Shown here piece after piece: positions 27,792 to 38,036 of a stretch of DNA of 64,000 bases (positions are counted from its first letter, which is position 1; each line of letters starts with the position of its first letter). The notes beneath the pieces are model-generated. The model did not search any database. It was not told the DNA's origin and saw only the letters and a list, made by a program, of their open reading frames with translations. The stretch spans positions 1 to 64,000 of the IMG/VR virus record IMGVR_UViG_3300001868_000007. One strand, 5' to 3'. The DNA is from a virus (lineage: Duplodnaviria > Caudoviricetes). A program made the position numbers and the translations under genes.

Positions 27792-28185
27792 CGCAACTGT
27801 ACATTTTCTGTCACCAGATAGCTTTTATAGATTAAGTAAAGCTCTTGTTCATCATCTTGGATTAACCAAAGCTTTTGCCTTAACAGATTTACTTGATAAA
27901 TATGAAGATTTGGAGACTAGTAATCTTCTACCTGAAGACAAATGGTTCACATATACTCGACCAGAGATCAGTAAGAGTTGGGGAGTTCATTTCAAATTAC
28001 AACGAGATATTCTTGCTGAATTCAAGCAGCTTGGATTAATAGATTTTGAAAAAAGAGGAATAATTCCTCAAAGAAATCACTTTAAGTTAAATTTTTCAAA
28101 GATAGATGAGCTTCTTGATATTGCTGTAGAGTCTTATATAAAAGATTGTCAAGAACAATATACAAATCACATCAATCGTAACTAA
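27781..28185 (+). CDS. Winged-helix replication-initiator-like protein (paralog 2)
   Basis: LGLTKAFALTDL…KWFTYTRPEISKSW…QRDILAEFKQLGLI…RG. Confidence 0.5.
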   Translation: MSANATVHFLSPDSFYRLSKALVHHLGLTKAFALTDLLDKYEDLETSNLLPEDKWFTYTRPEISKSWGVHFKLQRDILAEFKQLGLIDFEKRGIIPQRNHFKLNFSKIDELLDIAVESYIKDCQEQYTNHINRN

Positions 28186-28202
28186 CAAAACAAAATCGCA
28201 AA

Positions 28203-29648
28203 ATGAACTTTAGTCCATATCAAATCGACATTTTTAAAGCAGTTCAAACTACACAGAATCACATATGTGTTGAAGCAACCGCAGGTGCAGGTAAAACATC
28301 AACGATTCTGGAGGCTTTGAAGCTAATTCCTCGAATGAAGAAAAGTATATTTTTATCATTTAGTAACACAATTGTAAACGAATTAAAATCTCGAGTACCT
28401 GATTATGTAAAAGCTTCAACACTTCACTCTCTTGGTTGTAGAATGATTATGAAGCAGTATAGAGGAGTAAAAATCGATAACGATAAATGGTTTAAAATAT
28501 TAGTAAATGATCTCAAAGCTGAAGATAAAAACAAAGCTAATTTTAGAATTTGCGGTCAAACTTCCGATGTTATCAATTACGCTCGAATGACATTGACTCG
28601 ACCAAGCGTTATAGATTTGTCGACAATGTGTGATCATTATGGTTTAGAGTGGACTACTGAGATTATTTATAAAGCTATGAAGTTTCTCAATGAGCAAGAA
28701 AAACACTTGAAGATGATTGATTTTACTGACATGATCTATTTACCTGCAACCTCAACCAGACTTATTGATGAACAATTTGATTTTGTATTCTTGGACGAGG
28801 CACAGGATTTGAATAATGCTCAGAGAACATTTATTGAAAAGATATTGAGACCAAATGGAAGATTAGTGGCTGTAGGGGACTCAAAACAAAGCATATATTC
28901 TTTTTCGGGAAGTTCCATAGATTCTTTTGATAAATTGAAACAGAGACCGAATACAACAGAATTACCGCTATCAATTAGTTATCGTTGTGCTAAAAATATT
29001 GTTATTGAAGCTCAGAAAATATTTGATACAATTCAACCTTTTGAAGGAGCTATCGATGGTATAGTTCGGAAAGGTGATCTCGAAGAAGCAAAAGCTGGAG
29101 ATATGGTGCTATGTCGCAAAACAGCTCCACTCATACTTGCATTCTTCTATTTGCTGAGAAAAGGAATCAAATCGACAGTGATCGGTAAAGATATTGAGGT
29201 CGGATTACTTGATCTTGCAGCTAAAGTTCAGACAACAGATAAGGAGCGAACACTACTTCGCATTGAGGATCAAAAGGAAGTTTTGAGAGAGGAGTTAATC
29301 AAATTGAAATTTCATAATCCTCTTGTTCATCCTAGATACCTTGCTCTACTTGATAAGGTGGAAGTTCTACACTTAATTATCCATCAATCGAACGATCCTG
29401 GCAATCTCTCAGCAACGATCAGAGAACTCTTTAGAGAGGATAAAAAAGCAATACGACTGATGACGATTCATCGAAGCAAAGGACTTGAGAATGATCGCGT
29501 ATTCATAATCGACAAATTCAACGGAACAAAAACAATACCTTCTCCTTTCGCAACTAAAGATTGGGAAAAAGTTCAAGAGAAGAATCTTTTGTTTGTTGCA
29601 ATAACGAGAGCTAAAAAAGAGTTGATTTATATTAATTTAGATGAGTAA
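28203..29648 (+). CDS. SF1 UvrD/Rep-like helicase
   Basis: ATAGAGKT, LDEAQD, VGDSKQSIY, SYRC, TIHRSKGLE, FVAITRAK. Confidence 0.92.
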   Translation: MNFSPYQIDIFKAVQTTQNHICVEATAGAGKTSTILEALKLIPRMKKSIFLSFSNTIVNELKSRVPDYVKASTLHSLGCRMIMKQYRGVKIDNDKWFKILVNDLKAEDKNKANFRICGQTSDVINYARMTLTRPSVIDLSTMCDHYGLEWTTEIIYKAMKFLNEQEKHLKMIDFTDMIYLPATSTRLIDEQFDFVFLDEAQDLNNAQRTFIEKILRPNGRLVAVGDSKQSIYSFSGSSIDSFDKLKQRPNTTELPLSISYRCAKNIVIEAQKIFDTIQPFEGAIDGIVRKGDLEEAKAGDMVLCRKTAPLILAFFYLLRKGIKSTVIGKDIEVGLLDLAAKVQTTDKERTLLRIEDQKEVLREELIKLKFHNPLVHPRYLALLDKVEVLHLIIHQSNDPGNLSATIRELFREDKKAIRLMTIHRSKGLENDRVFIIDKFNGTKTIPSPFATKDWEKVQEKNLLFVAITRAKKELIYINLDE

Positions 29649-30115
29649 TGTCTAAAGCCGAAGTTGAGTATTTTAAAAGTGCAGAACAAAGGAGAAGAAT
29701 AATATCGGAAGTATTAGAAAAAATGCTGGCAGGAGAAGCCTTTCGAGATATTGAAGATTATCTGCTTGATAAATACGATCTACCGAAAGAATACTCTCGC
29801 CATAATCTTTTAAATTCAGCTAAGAACGAAGCAGCAAAAATCACAGCACAACAAGCTGATTTAATTATTCCTTCTCACATTATGATTTACGAGGAGCTTT
29901 ATAAGTATTTCAGTGACATGGGTCACACTCCTGGTAAAATGAAGGCTTTGAAACTAAAAGAAAAGCTCTTAGGGCTTCATAAAGTTGATAATACTATTGA
30001 AATAAACAATAAAAGAACGACCATCATTGAGCGCGATGTGGTGTACGAAATCAGCAAGTTAGATGTGCGAGAGCAAAGTAGATTGGATTATTTACTAAGT
30101 AAAGCGAAAAAATAA
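29648..30115 (+). CDS. Terminase-small-subunit-like protein (paralog of the 36371 ORF)
   Basis: HTH-like N-terminus; KEKLLGLH…INN…SKL shared with 36371..37459. Confidence 0.4.
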   Translation: MSKAEVEYFKSAEQRRRIISEVLEKMLAGEAFRDIEDYLLDKYDLPKEYSRHNLLNSAKNEAAKITAQQADLIIPSHIMIYEELYKYFSDMGHTPGKMKALKLKEKLLGLHKVDNTIEINNKRTTIIERDVVYEISKLDVREQSRLDYLLSKAKK

Positions 30116-30155
30116 CATACTTTTGTTGCTAAATAGAAATAAAGGTAGTACTTTC
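30115..30155 (+). promoter_or_regulatory. Repeated promoter copy 5
   Basis: ACATACttttGTTG…GTACTTTC at +33. Confidence 0.75.
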
Positions 30156-30302
30156 CCAACATCAAACAAATCGCAATTATTTATTCTTAAAAATCGACAA
30201 CATTATGAAGATTAAAACAGCATTCTTAGGAGCTAGAGCTTATTACAGATTATCTACAGGTAGATTATTTACAGAATCGAAAGTGAAAACTTTTATCACA
30301 TC

Positions 30303-30566
30303 TTGTTATATTTTTCTATCATGTATAACGAGATCATCAGTATGTCAAAACTAATCCAATATGCAGTAATAACTGCTACAGAAGAACAACTTCAAGAACA
30401 AGGACTCAGAACGCTTCACTCAAAACAAAAAGTAGTAGTAGAAGATTTTTTACTCAACATTAAACTCTGTATTGTGAGAACGAACGAAAGCACAAAATCT
30501 TTTCACATAATGAACAGATCTCAACTCAGAATCATCGAGAATCAACAATTAACACTTCAATTTTAA
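30303..30566 (+). CDS. Hypothetical protein
   Basis: ORF track; the true start may be the later MSKLIQY. Confidence 0.45.
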   Translation: MLYFSIMYNEIISMSKLIQYAVITATEEQLQEQGLRTLHSKQKVVVEDFLLNIKLCIVRTNESTKSFHIMNRSQLRIIENQQLTLQF

Positions 30567-30567
30567 T

Positions 30568-30975
30568 ATGATCATTGCTGTAGATTTCGACGGAACCATT
30601 GTAGAAAATAAATTTCCTAAAATAGGAGAATTCAAACCGGGAGCAAAAGAAACTCTTGCAAAGCTTTATAGTGAAGGTCACTATATCATAATTTGGACTT
30701 GTCGTTCAGGTATCAAATGTAGTGCATGTGAAAAGTTTCTCAAGATTAATAATGTGAAGTATCACGTTATCAATCAACAGAATCCAGAGAATTTAGCCTT
30801 CCATAAAGGACTTGATACTCGTAAAGTGTTTGCCGACATCTATGTTGACGATAAACATCTTGGATTCAAAGTTGATTGGAAGAAAAATTATAAAGAGATT
30901 CAAAAGTTAAACAGAACCTATATTCCATACTGGAAGCAACTCATCTACTGGTTCATTGAATATATAAAGAAGTAA
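30568..30975 (+). CDS. HAD-superfamily phosphatase
   Basis: IAVDFDGT (DxD), IWTCR, K…ADIYVDD. Confidence 0.85.
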   Translation: MIIAVDFDGTIVENKFPKIGEFKPGAKETLAKLYSEGHYIIIWTCRSGIKCSACEKFLKINNVKYHVINQQNPENLAFHKGLDTRKVFADIYVDDKHLGFKVDWKKNYKEIQKLNRTYIPYWKQLIYWFIEYIKK

Positions 30976-31010
30976 ACTATTAATAACACCAATTTCTGAT
31001 TTTGAATAAA

Positions 31011-31367
31011 ATGAAAAAACTTATTTACATTGTTGAAATACTTATGTTGTTAATTTCGTGTACTGACGATCAATTCATTACATCAACATGGAAAGTGCAT
31101 TCTATTGAAACAATAGATATATGTGAATATATTAATAATGAATGGGTTATTAATCAGTGTCCTTCTAAATTGGTTCTTGATGTTACACAAATATATATGC
31201 CTCAGGATGAACAGACACTGTTAAATAAAATACAAGATACGATATATACTACATACTCAGGCGATCTACAACATAAACTTATTCACGATGTAAAGTATCT
31301 ATCACATGAATTGAATCTACATAGTGATACTACTTATATAACGATTACTAAATACAGATTAGATTAA
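31011..31367 (+). CDS. Predicted lipoprotein
   Basis: MKKLIYIVEILMLLISC lipobox followed by TDD. Confidence 0.55.
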   Translation: MKKLIYIVEILMLLISCTDDQFITSTWKVHSIETIDICEYINNEWVINQCPSKLVLDVTQIYMPQDEQTLLNKIQDTIYTTYSGDLQHKLIHDVKYLSHELNLHSDTTYITITKYRLD

Positions 31368-31469
31368 AACAAAACTATTAGTAACGGTTTGCTTTCAACT
31401 GAATTCGAACGGATTAAAGAAACTTATAATAATGGCACTCGAAAGAAGGAATAAAATTCTTATTAGATT

Positions 31470-31667
31470 ATGAAAAATTTGAAGCAGACTTCCGCAAATT
31501 TGCAGGGCTCGGAGAACTCAAAACAGAGTAGGCTCCGAACGTTAATCGCAACAAAAGAACGAAGTTTACCAAGAAAAGAACTCTACTCGAAAGAAATAGA
31601 GGAATTTCTCGAAAGTAAACCGAAAACAAAGAGAGAAAAAGAAATAGATAAAGATTATACTTTTTAA
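31470..31667 (+). CDS. Small hypothetical protein
   Basis: ORF track. Confidence 0.4.
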   Translation: MKNLKQTSANLQGSENSKQSRLRTLIATKERSLPRKELYSKEIEEFLESKPKTKREKEIDKDYTF

Positions 31668-31821
31668 AGAAAATCGCTATGATAATTCCATATAATTTCC
31701 GAGAAGATCAACGGACTCGAGAAGAAAGAAAATCTGACTTCGAGAGAATTAAATCGTACAAGAAACATCTTCAAACTTGTGCTAAAAATAAATCAAAAAG
31801 AAAATCTAAAAAGAAACAAAA

Positions 31822-32082
31822 ATGATAAAACCAATCGGATCGAGAGTAACTCTCAAAGCAATTGAATTAGCTGAAAGAAAATCAGAAAGTGGATTAATTC
31901 TTCCGGACGACAATTCTCAGAAAATAATCACAGGACAAGTTATGTCTTGTGGAGTGAAAACAACCGAAGTGAAAGAAGGAGATTTCGTGCTATTCAACAA
32001 GTATTCAGGGATCAAACTTGAAGTCGAAAGACAATCACTCATTCTTGTTGAAGAAGTGGAGATACTCGTTATAATCCAGTAA
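31822..32082 (+). CDS. groES: Co-chaperonin GroES (Cpn10)
   Basis: IKPIGSRV, SGLILP mobile loop, VKEGDFVLF.KYSG, EILVI. Confidence 0.9.
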   Translation: MIKPIGSRVTLKAIELAERKSESGLILPDDNSQKIITGQVMSCGVKTTEVKEGDFVLFNKYSGIKLEVERQSLILVEEVEILVIIQ

Positions 32083-32095
32083 AAATCGAAAGAAA

Positions 32096-33573
32096 ATGAA
32101 AAGAATCGAGTTTAAAGAAAAGTATAGCAACTCAAATATTATTATATCAAATTTAACTCTCAACATCAGAGATAAGATAAATTATCTTGAAGAGGTCTGT
32201 GTTGGACAGCTAGGTTGCTTATTAGAGAGAGTTGTAAATACTACTACTTCAGAAGGAATAATTCTCATCTATGATCCAAAAGGTCAATACAAGAATTGTC
32301 TTGTCTCATACCCTATCGAAGTTTTCTTCTCAGATTGGGAATTAGTTTGTAACAAACAGGAACAAGAAGAATACAAAGAGATCAAAGAAGCTCTTCGTCG
32401 ACTCAGTATTGAAACAGAAAAGATCAAAAAGATAGAGAGTAATCTCGGTCCAGAGTATTGGACCAAGCAAGGATTCATCCAAAGTACCACAACTAAAACT
32501 ATTTCGCTCTGGTGGCATATTGACGGCAGAAGAGTAGCTTTTATGTACAATAAAGGTATATTCGAACTTGATTAAAAAGAAAACGACAACATGAAAGATA
32601 TTGAAATGATAAATTGGTGGGCAAAGATCACAGTAAGCGAAGTAGTAGCTATGAGAAATTGGTTACAAGATCTCTTCCCACATCACTATGACGTAATGTC
32701 AGTCGAAGAGAAAATTGGTATTATTTATTTCAACTTCCACAAATCAATAAAATAATAAAAATGAGAACATTTAAAGATTATCCCTCAGGAAAACGCTTCA
32801 TATCTGAAGGACAAATTGTAAAAGCAGTAGACAATTACACACATAAATTAGGTTGTAGTGATTGTCTATTTAGTGGCGAAAACTCTATCAGTAAAAGATG
32901 CTTTGATCACGCCTGTAGTCATCGCATCTTCAAGCTCTCTCGACTAAATAAATTAATCTTCTGGAAAAAGAAAATCAACAAGAAATAAAAATCGATTATG
33001 GAGAATAACGTAAAAACACGACAACTACAACACGATTTCGCATTCTTAACTAAAGAAGAAGTGGAAACAGCAATCTCGATAGTAGAAGCCAAAACATCAT
33101 TGGTAGAGACAGTTATGGAAACAACAAGATTATTCATCAACTCTTGTCTTACTAATCGAATCTTAATGAATTAAGAAATTATGGAAGATAAAAATGAATG
33201 GGTAAAATTCCAAGAGATTGAATGGTCTGATCCGAAATACAATGTATTCAGTATAGACACAAGAGACTTCTGTGTAGGATATCGCTTTGAAAAGAAAAAT
33301 CATCAAGATCTCGAAACATTAAAGAAATATCTTCAAAAATTCTTCCATACAGAAGAAGAAATAAAAACACTCATTCAGAGATACTTTGAAGAGTCAGGAG
33401 GAGTAGGTGAATGGAGAATGTTCTCTCTTGAGAAAATGGATAACTGGGGAATGAAATACGTTCGCATTTGGAGAAGTGAAGAAGGTTTTGTAGTCTGTAA
33501 TTCAGACAACAGAGCGCTACCAAAGTCACTATTATCTAATAAGGTACTTCAAGAACATTTGAATCATTATTGA
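32096..33573 (+). CDS. Run of small hypothetical ORFs (32096-32575, ~32590, 32761-32988, ~32997, 33181-33573)
   Basis: Tightly packed + strand ORFs with A-rich leaders; no recognisable motifs. Confidence 0.45.
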
Positions 33574-33583
33574 AAAAGAAAAA

Positions 33584-33865
33584 ATGACAATGGAAGAGAT
33601 TAAACTAAATCTCATCGAGGATATTGATCTCGTAAAAGAGAAAGGTGACGCAATCATGGTTCTCAGTAGACATTCTCAAACAGGAGAACAAATTCAACAA
33701 TTAATAATATGTTGTCCAGGTTGTGGGAAGAGATCGGGAAGTGCTGGCAATCATGTGTTTGATCCTACTACACAAAATTACACACCTTCTATCATACACG
33801 ATAAGAGTCTAGGAGGATGTGGTTAGCATGGTTGGTTGAAGAATGGAATATTCAAACAAGTGTAA
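33584..33865 (+). pseudogene. DUF6527-like Cys/His protein interrupted by an in-frame TAG at 33824-33826
   Basis: CCPGCG…TPSI…GCG*HGWLKNGIF; the family motif predicts W at the stop. Confidence 0.5.
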
Positions 33866-33886
33866 AAAGAAAAACAACAAACAGGA

Positions 33887-34117
33887 ATGAAACATAGAAA
33901 GTGTCCACATTGCAAATCAACCAAAGGCTTCAGAATAAACTATGAAGTATTTGGTCACGGTACTGAGGACAGAAGCTTCAAAGGAGTTGTGATCGATGCT
34001 GATAGGGAGGTTGTTGAGAACGTAGACAACTATGTTGAGTGTCTTAGTTGTGGAGAGAAGATTGATCGAGAGTGTGTAAGAACTGATGAGTTTGAAGCTA
34101 AGAGTGTAGAGAGCTAA
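33887..34117 (+). CDS. Zinc-ribbon protein
   Basis: CPHC…CLSC. Confidence 0.5.
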   Translation: MKHRKCPHCKSTKGFRINYEVFGHGTEDRSFKGVVIDADREVVENVDNYVECLSCGEKIDRECVRTDEFEAKSVES

Positions 34118-34209
34118 GTTAAAGAGTTGATATTGAGAGAGTTGAGGAGAGAATTGTATTAATGTTTATTGAAGATCGTTAATGTTTGTTAAGGAAAAGT
34201 TGGTGAATT

Positions 34210-36093
34210 GTGGCAAAGAGTAAGCAAATTAGAAATTCTATAGACAGAGACCTGGAGTTGGAACTTAAACGATTGATATTCACGGATTCGTATTTTGAAT
34301 TTTTCAAATGGTCGTTTTTTTTATTGTTCCCAAATGAGAAGTTTGAAGACACCTTCCACATCAGGTATCTATGTGATTTATACCAAGTTGAGATAGAAAG
34401 GGTCATTAGAAAAGAGGAAAGGACTACCGACCTAATCGTCAACATCCCCCCACGTACTTCTAAATCACTCATCACATCAGTGTCGCTCCTAGCATGGATG
34501 TGGATAAAACAACCGTCGCTACCGATGATCTCTATCTCGTTCGATGAGGATCTGTCGCTTCTAAACGCACAGTATTCAAAGGATATAATCAAGAGCGACG
34601 AGTATCAAGAGTTGTTCGGACACCTATTTCAAATCAGAGGCGACGCTGATAGCAAAAGTTACTTTATGAATGACAAAGGTGGGTTCAGACTGTCGAAGAC
34701 GACTGGAAGCAATATAACTGGACACAAAGGTACAGTTTGCTTTCCTAAAGGACAAATGATCTCTACAAGTACAGGAGAGCTCGACATAGCTGATGTTGTA
34801 GAGAGACAATTACAAGTACCGATACTTTCTTTCAATGAGAAGAGTAGAGTTGGAGAATTCAAACCAATAGTACACTATCTTAAATCGAACTACATTGGAC
34901 GACTGTACACTATTCAAACTACTACCAGACGACTGATATGTACAAGTGAGCATCCCATTTATGTAGTTGATAAGGGTTGGGTAGAAGCCAGTAAGGTTCC
35001 AAAGAACGGTAGCGTACTATTAAAGAGAGGTAGCGAAACAGAGAGTCAAAAGATTCGATCAATATCTTTCAAGGAAGTTGAGAATTTAGAAGTGTACAAT
35101 TTAGAAGTCAAAGACAACAACAACTACTATATCGATGGAGTTTTAGTTCACAACTGTATCGTCGACGATCCCCAGAATCCCAAGACATCAGAGAGTGAGC
35201 TCAGTAGAAAAGTAGTAATAGAATACTACACTCGAGCGCTGTACAATCGACTCACACCTATCAACCTTGGGATAAGAATTATCATCATGCAACGACTACA
35301 TGAGAACGATCTGACTGGATTCTTACTTGCAACTAATCCTGAACAGTACAGACATATATGTCTACCTGCAGAAGTGTCCGACATAGTCAAACCTATTGAA
35401 TTAAAAGAAAAGTACACAAACGGACTACTCGATCCTACTCGACTCTCAGCGATGATCTTGAGTGGGTTTAGAAAGACTCTTGGGTTGAGAGGTTACACTG
35501 GACAGTACGAGCAACGACCAAGTCCAGACGAAGGTGGAATCATAAAGCGTACATGGTTCGATATACTACTACCTGAGATGATTCTAAGAAAAACAGAACA
35601 GAGTCCAATCCACTTCTTTATTGACTCAGCATACACAGCTAAAACAGAAAATGATCCAACAGGTATTTTAACGTGTTTTGTACAAGACAATTTCCTTTAT
35701 GTGTTGGATTTCACAGAAAAATGGTTAGAGTTCCCAGAACTGTGTAAAAACATCATAATTCACACCAATGGATATCAGTACACTCACCTAAGTAAAATTT
35801 TCATTGAACCTAAGGCAAGTGGAAAGAGTATAGTACAACAACTACGTTCAGTCACTTCACTGAATGTGATCGAAGCTGAGAATCCTGAAAAAGATAAAGT
35901 GACAAGAGCTCATTCTATCGCACCAACCTTAGAATCAAGGAGAGTTCGACTGATTCAAGGTCAGTACGTGGAACACTTCTTAGATTTGTTAGGATCTTTC
36001 CCAAGTGGTAATCACGATGAAGCTATTGATACACTTGTGATGGCTGTACGAGAATTACTGATTGATAATAATCCAGATTTTATGTTTATATAA
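34210..36093 (+). CDS. terL: Terminase large subunit containing an intein
   Basis: VNIPPRTSKS Walker A, reconstituted GHKGTV|CIVDDP Walker B, IMQRLHENDL, YEQRP, FIDSA, IEPKASG, HDEAID nuclease motifs. Confidence 0.92.
   Translation: MAKSKQIRNSIDRDLELELKRLIFTDSYFEFFKWSFFLLFPNEKFEDTFHIRYLCDLYQVEIERVIRKEERTTDLIVNIPPRTSKSLITSVSLLAWMWIKQPSLPMISISFDEDLSLLNAQYSKDIIKSDEYQELFGHLFQIRGDADSKSYFMNDKGGFRLSKTTGSNITGHKGTVCFPKGQMISTSTGELDIADVVERQLQVPILSFNEKSRVGEFKPIVHYLKSNYIGRLYTIQTTTRRLICTSEHPIYVVDKGWVEASKVPKNGSVLLKRGSETESQKIRSISFKEVENLEVYNLEVKDNNNYYIDGVLVHNCIVDDPQNPKTSESELSRKVVIEYYTRALYNRLTPINLGIRIIIMQRLHENDLTGFLLATNPEQYRHICLPAEVSDIVKPIELKEKYTNGLLDPTRLSAMILSGFRKTLGLRGYTGQYEQRPSPDEGGIIKRTWFDILLPEMILRKTEQSPIHFFIDSAYTAKTENDPTGILTCFVQDNFLYVLDFTEKWLEFPELCKNIIIHTNGYQYTHLSKIFIEPKASGKSIVQQLRSVTSLNVIEAENPEKDKVTRAHSIAPTLESRRVRLIQGQYVEHFLDLLGSFPSGNHDEAIDTLVMAVRELLIDNNPDFMFI
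34738..35154 (+). mobile_element. 139-aa mini-intein (no homing endonuclease) in TerL
   Basis: Block A CFPKG, block B TSEHPI, block F VYNLEV, block G GVLVHN, followed by Cys+1. Confidence 0.93.
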
Positions 36094-36114
36094 ATATTAA
36101 ATAAAATAAATAGC

Positions 36115-36387
36115 ATGTGGTGGATAATAAGTATTATAGTTTGGTTCATAGTCGGATTAGTCTCTACGTTAATTGGAGCTCATGTAGCTATGACTGAGAG
36201 AGGTGGAATGACACTCTCTGATTGTTTAGTAGGATTGATGTGGTTGTTGATTGGACCACTTCTATGGCTATCTATAGGTTATACAAGTTTAAGAGATTGG
36301 ATTGATAATAACAGTACCAAGATGATCTTCAAAGCAAAGTGGCCTCAGAAATGGAATAATAAAAAATCAGATGTGGACCAAGTTTAG
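36115..36387 (+). CDS. Small membrane protein
   Basis: Two hydrophobic segments. Confidence 0.55.
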   Translation: MWWIISIIVWFIVGLVSTLIGAHVAMTERGGMTLSDCLVGLMWLLIGPLLWLSIGYTSLRDWIDNNSTKMIFKAKWPQKWNNKKSDVDQV

Positions 36388-37459
36388 TAAACAATTACCT
36401 CCAAATAGATCATCGATAATGGTGAAATTCGGAGATTTAAGGATTGTTAAAGGAAGAGTTAATGGTAGTTGTGTAGATTATAGTCCAAACCTTAAACTTA
36501 CTCCTCAAACCATAACTTCAGGACAAAAAGAATGGTCTATGGTTCAAAAAAAAGATAATCGAGGAAGAGCTAAAAAACCAAGACGAAAAGGTAGAGAAGC
36601 AATCAAAGATCCAAAGATGGTTGATCCAAAAAATAGACCAACAAAGGAGGAAATTGAGAAGAAAGGTCAAGGAGGAGTAGCAGGTAACATGGAGCGACTA
36701 GTCTACAGAATGATCGATCAGATCAAGTCTGGAATGAGTATCGATAGTTGTAAAACACTTCTTGAAGATGAGATTAATCCAAACACAAAAAGAGTATATG
36801 CTCCTCGATTTGTTCAAGATATCTCTATCAAAGCAAATACTCTCATTAAACAGGATTATGAACTACAGAGATCAGAAGTGGTTTCAATTCACACTCAACG
36901 GTACGATAGAGAGATCCAAGAATTACTCACATATCAAGCTCCCTACAACGATCGTAAACCATGGTTGCAAGATGAGATGAATAACGCTGCTAGAATGAAT
37001 TGTCTTGGAGTTCTACATCAAAAAGAAGAGTTGTTAGGAATGCATCGTAAATCATTCAAACTAATCATTAACAACGAGGATACAACCGTCATAAGAACTA
37101 CAAAGACCAATATTGATCTCTCTAAACTTACTCTTGAAGAAAAGATCGAACTGAATCAGCTGATGGAGAAGAGTAGAAGGACCGACGATGAGATAGGTGG
37201 AGTAATTCTCAGATCAGAACAAGCCAGAGTGATTGAGGATGTTGAACACGAAGTAGTTGAAGAGAGATTGAATATTGATCGAATGGAAAATAAACAACCA
37301 AAAGAGATCATACAGCCTCATCCTCAAGACATGGCTTTGTTAAGTATTCAAGAGAAAATGAGACTAGCTCTCAGAAAGAAAGCAAAAGAGGAGCTTGAAA
37401 GAGTAGGTAGTAAGACAGTAGAATTCGATAATCCAGAACATCAGGTACCACAACGATGA
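36371..37459 (+). CDS. Terminase small subunit-like protein
   Basis: Lies next to terL; QKEELLGMH…IDLSKLTLEE TerS-like C-terminal motif. Confidence 0.45.
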   Translation: MWTKFSKQLPPNRSSIMVKFGDLRIVKGRVNGSCVDYSPNLKLTPQTITSGQKEWSMVQKKDNRGRAKKPRRKGREAIKDPKMVDPKNRPTKEEIEKKGQGGVAGNMERLVYRMIDQIKSGMSIDSCKTLLEDEINPNTKRVYAPRFVQDISIKANTLIKQDYELQRSEVVSIHTQRYDREIQELLTYQAPYNDRKPWLQDEMNNAARMNCLGVLHQKEELLGMHRKSFKLIINNEDTTVIRTTKTNIDLSKLTLEEKIELNQLMEKSRRTDDEIGGVILRSEQARVIEDVEHEVVEERLNIDRMENKQPKEIIQPHPQDMALLSIQEKMRLALRKKAKEELERVGSKTVEFDNPEHQVPQR

Positions 37460-38036
37460 AGACATTTGAAACTCAATATATAATTTACTTCACAAATAAA
37501 CCTCAAGAATCTCACACTATCAAAGTGAAGAATTGTATGAGTGATCTTCACGCTAAAGTAAAACTTGAAGACTACCTAAAAAGAAAACATAAAGACTTTG
37601 AAAAGTTAGTAGTTGTGAGTTGCGTAAAGGATATATTCAGTATCTTTGGAGGATTGTTTAATTAATAAATCAAAATGAAATTCACATCAACATCAACTCA
37701 ATCAAACCTTCACTATTTTGAAGATGTAACTTGGACTAGGTTTCCAAAATATACTCAACCAACATTATCTCGATTATGTGTACGAAATTAGTTCAAGAGA
37801 GAATACACCTCCCAATTGGAAGTGAAGTTCAGATTTATTCAGTAGCTTGGTATATGTTAAACGAGGATCGTACAATAGGTATAGTTGATGTAGGACCAGG
37901 CTTCACAATCGAAATGAGAGAATACTGTAGCAAGACAACAAAAATTGTAGCATACGACGAATTCACACATACATACGAATTAGCTATTGATAAAGGACAG
38001 AATCGTTGGAGTGAAGAAATGTTTAAAAAGAAGTAA
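37456..38036 (+). CDS. Small hypothetical ORFs (37456-37665, 37675-37791, 37776-38036)
   Basis: ORF track plus manual reading. Confidence 0.45.
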
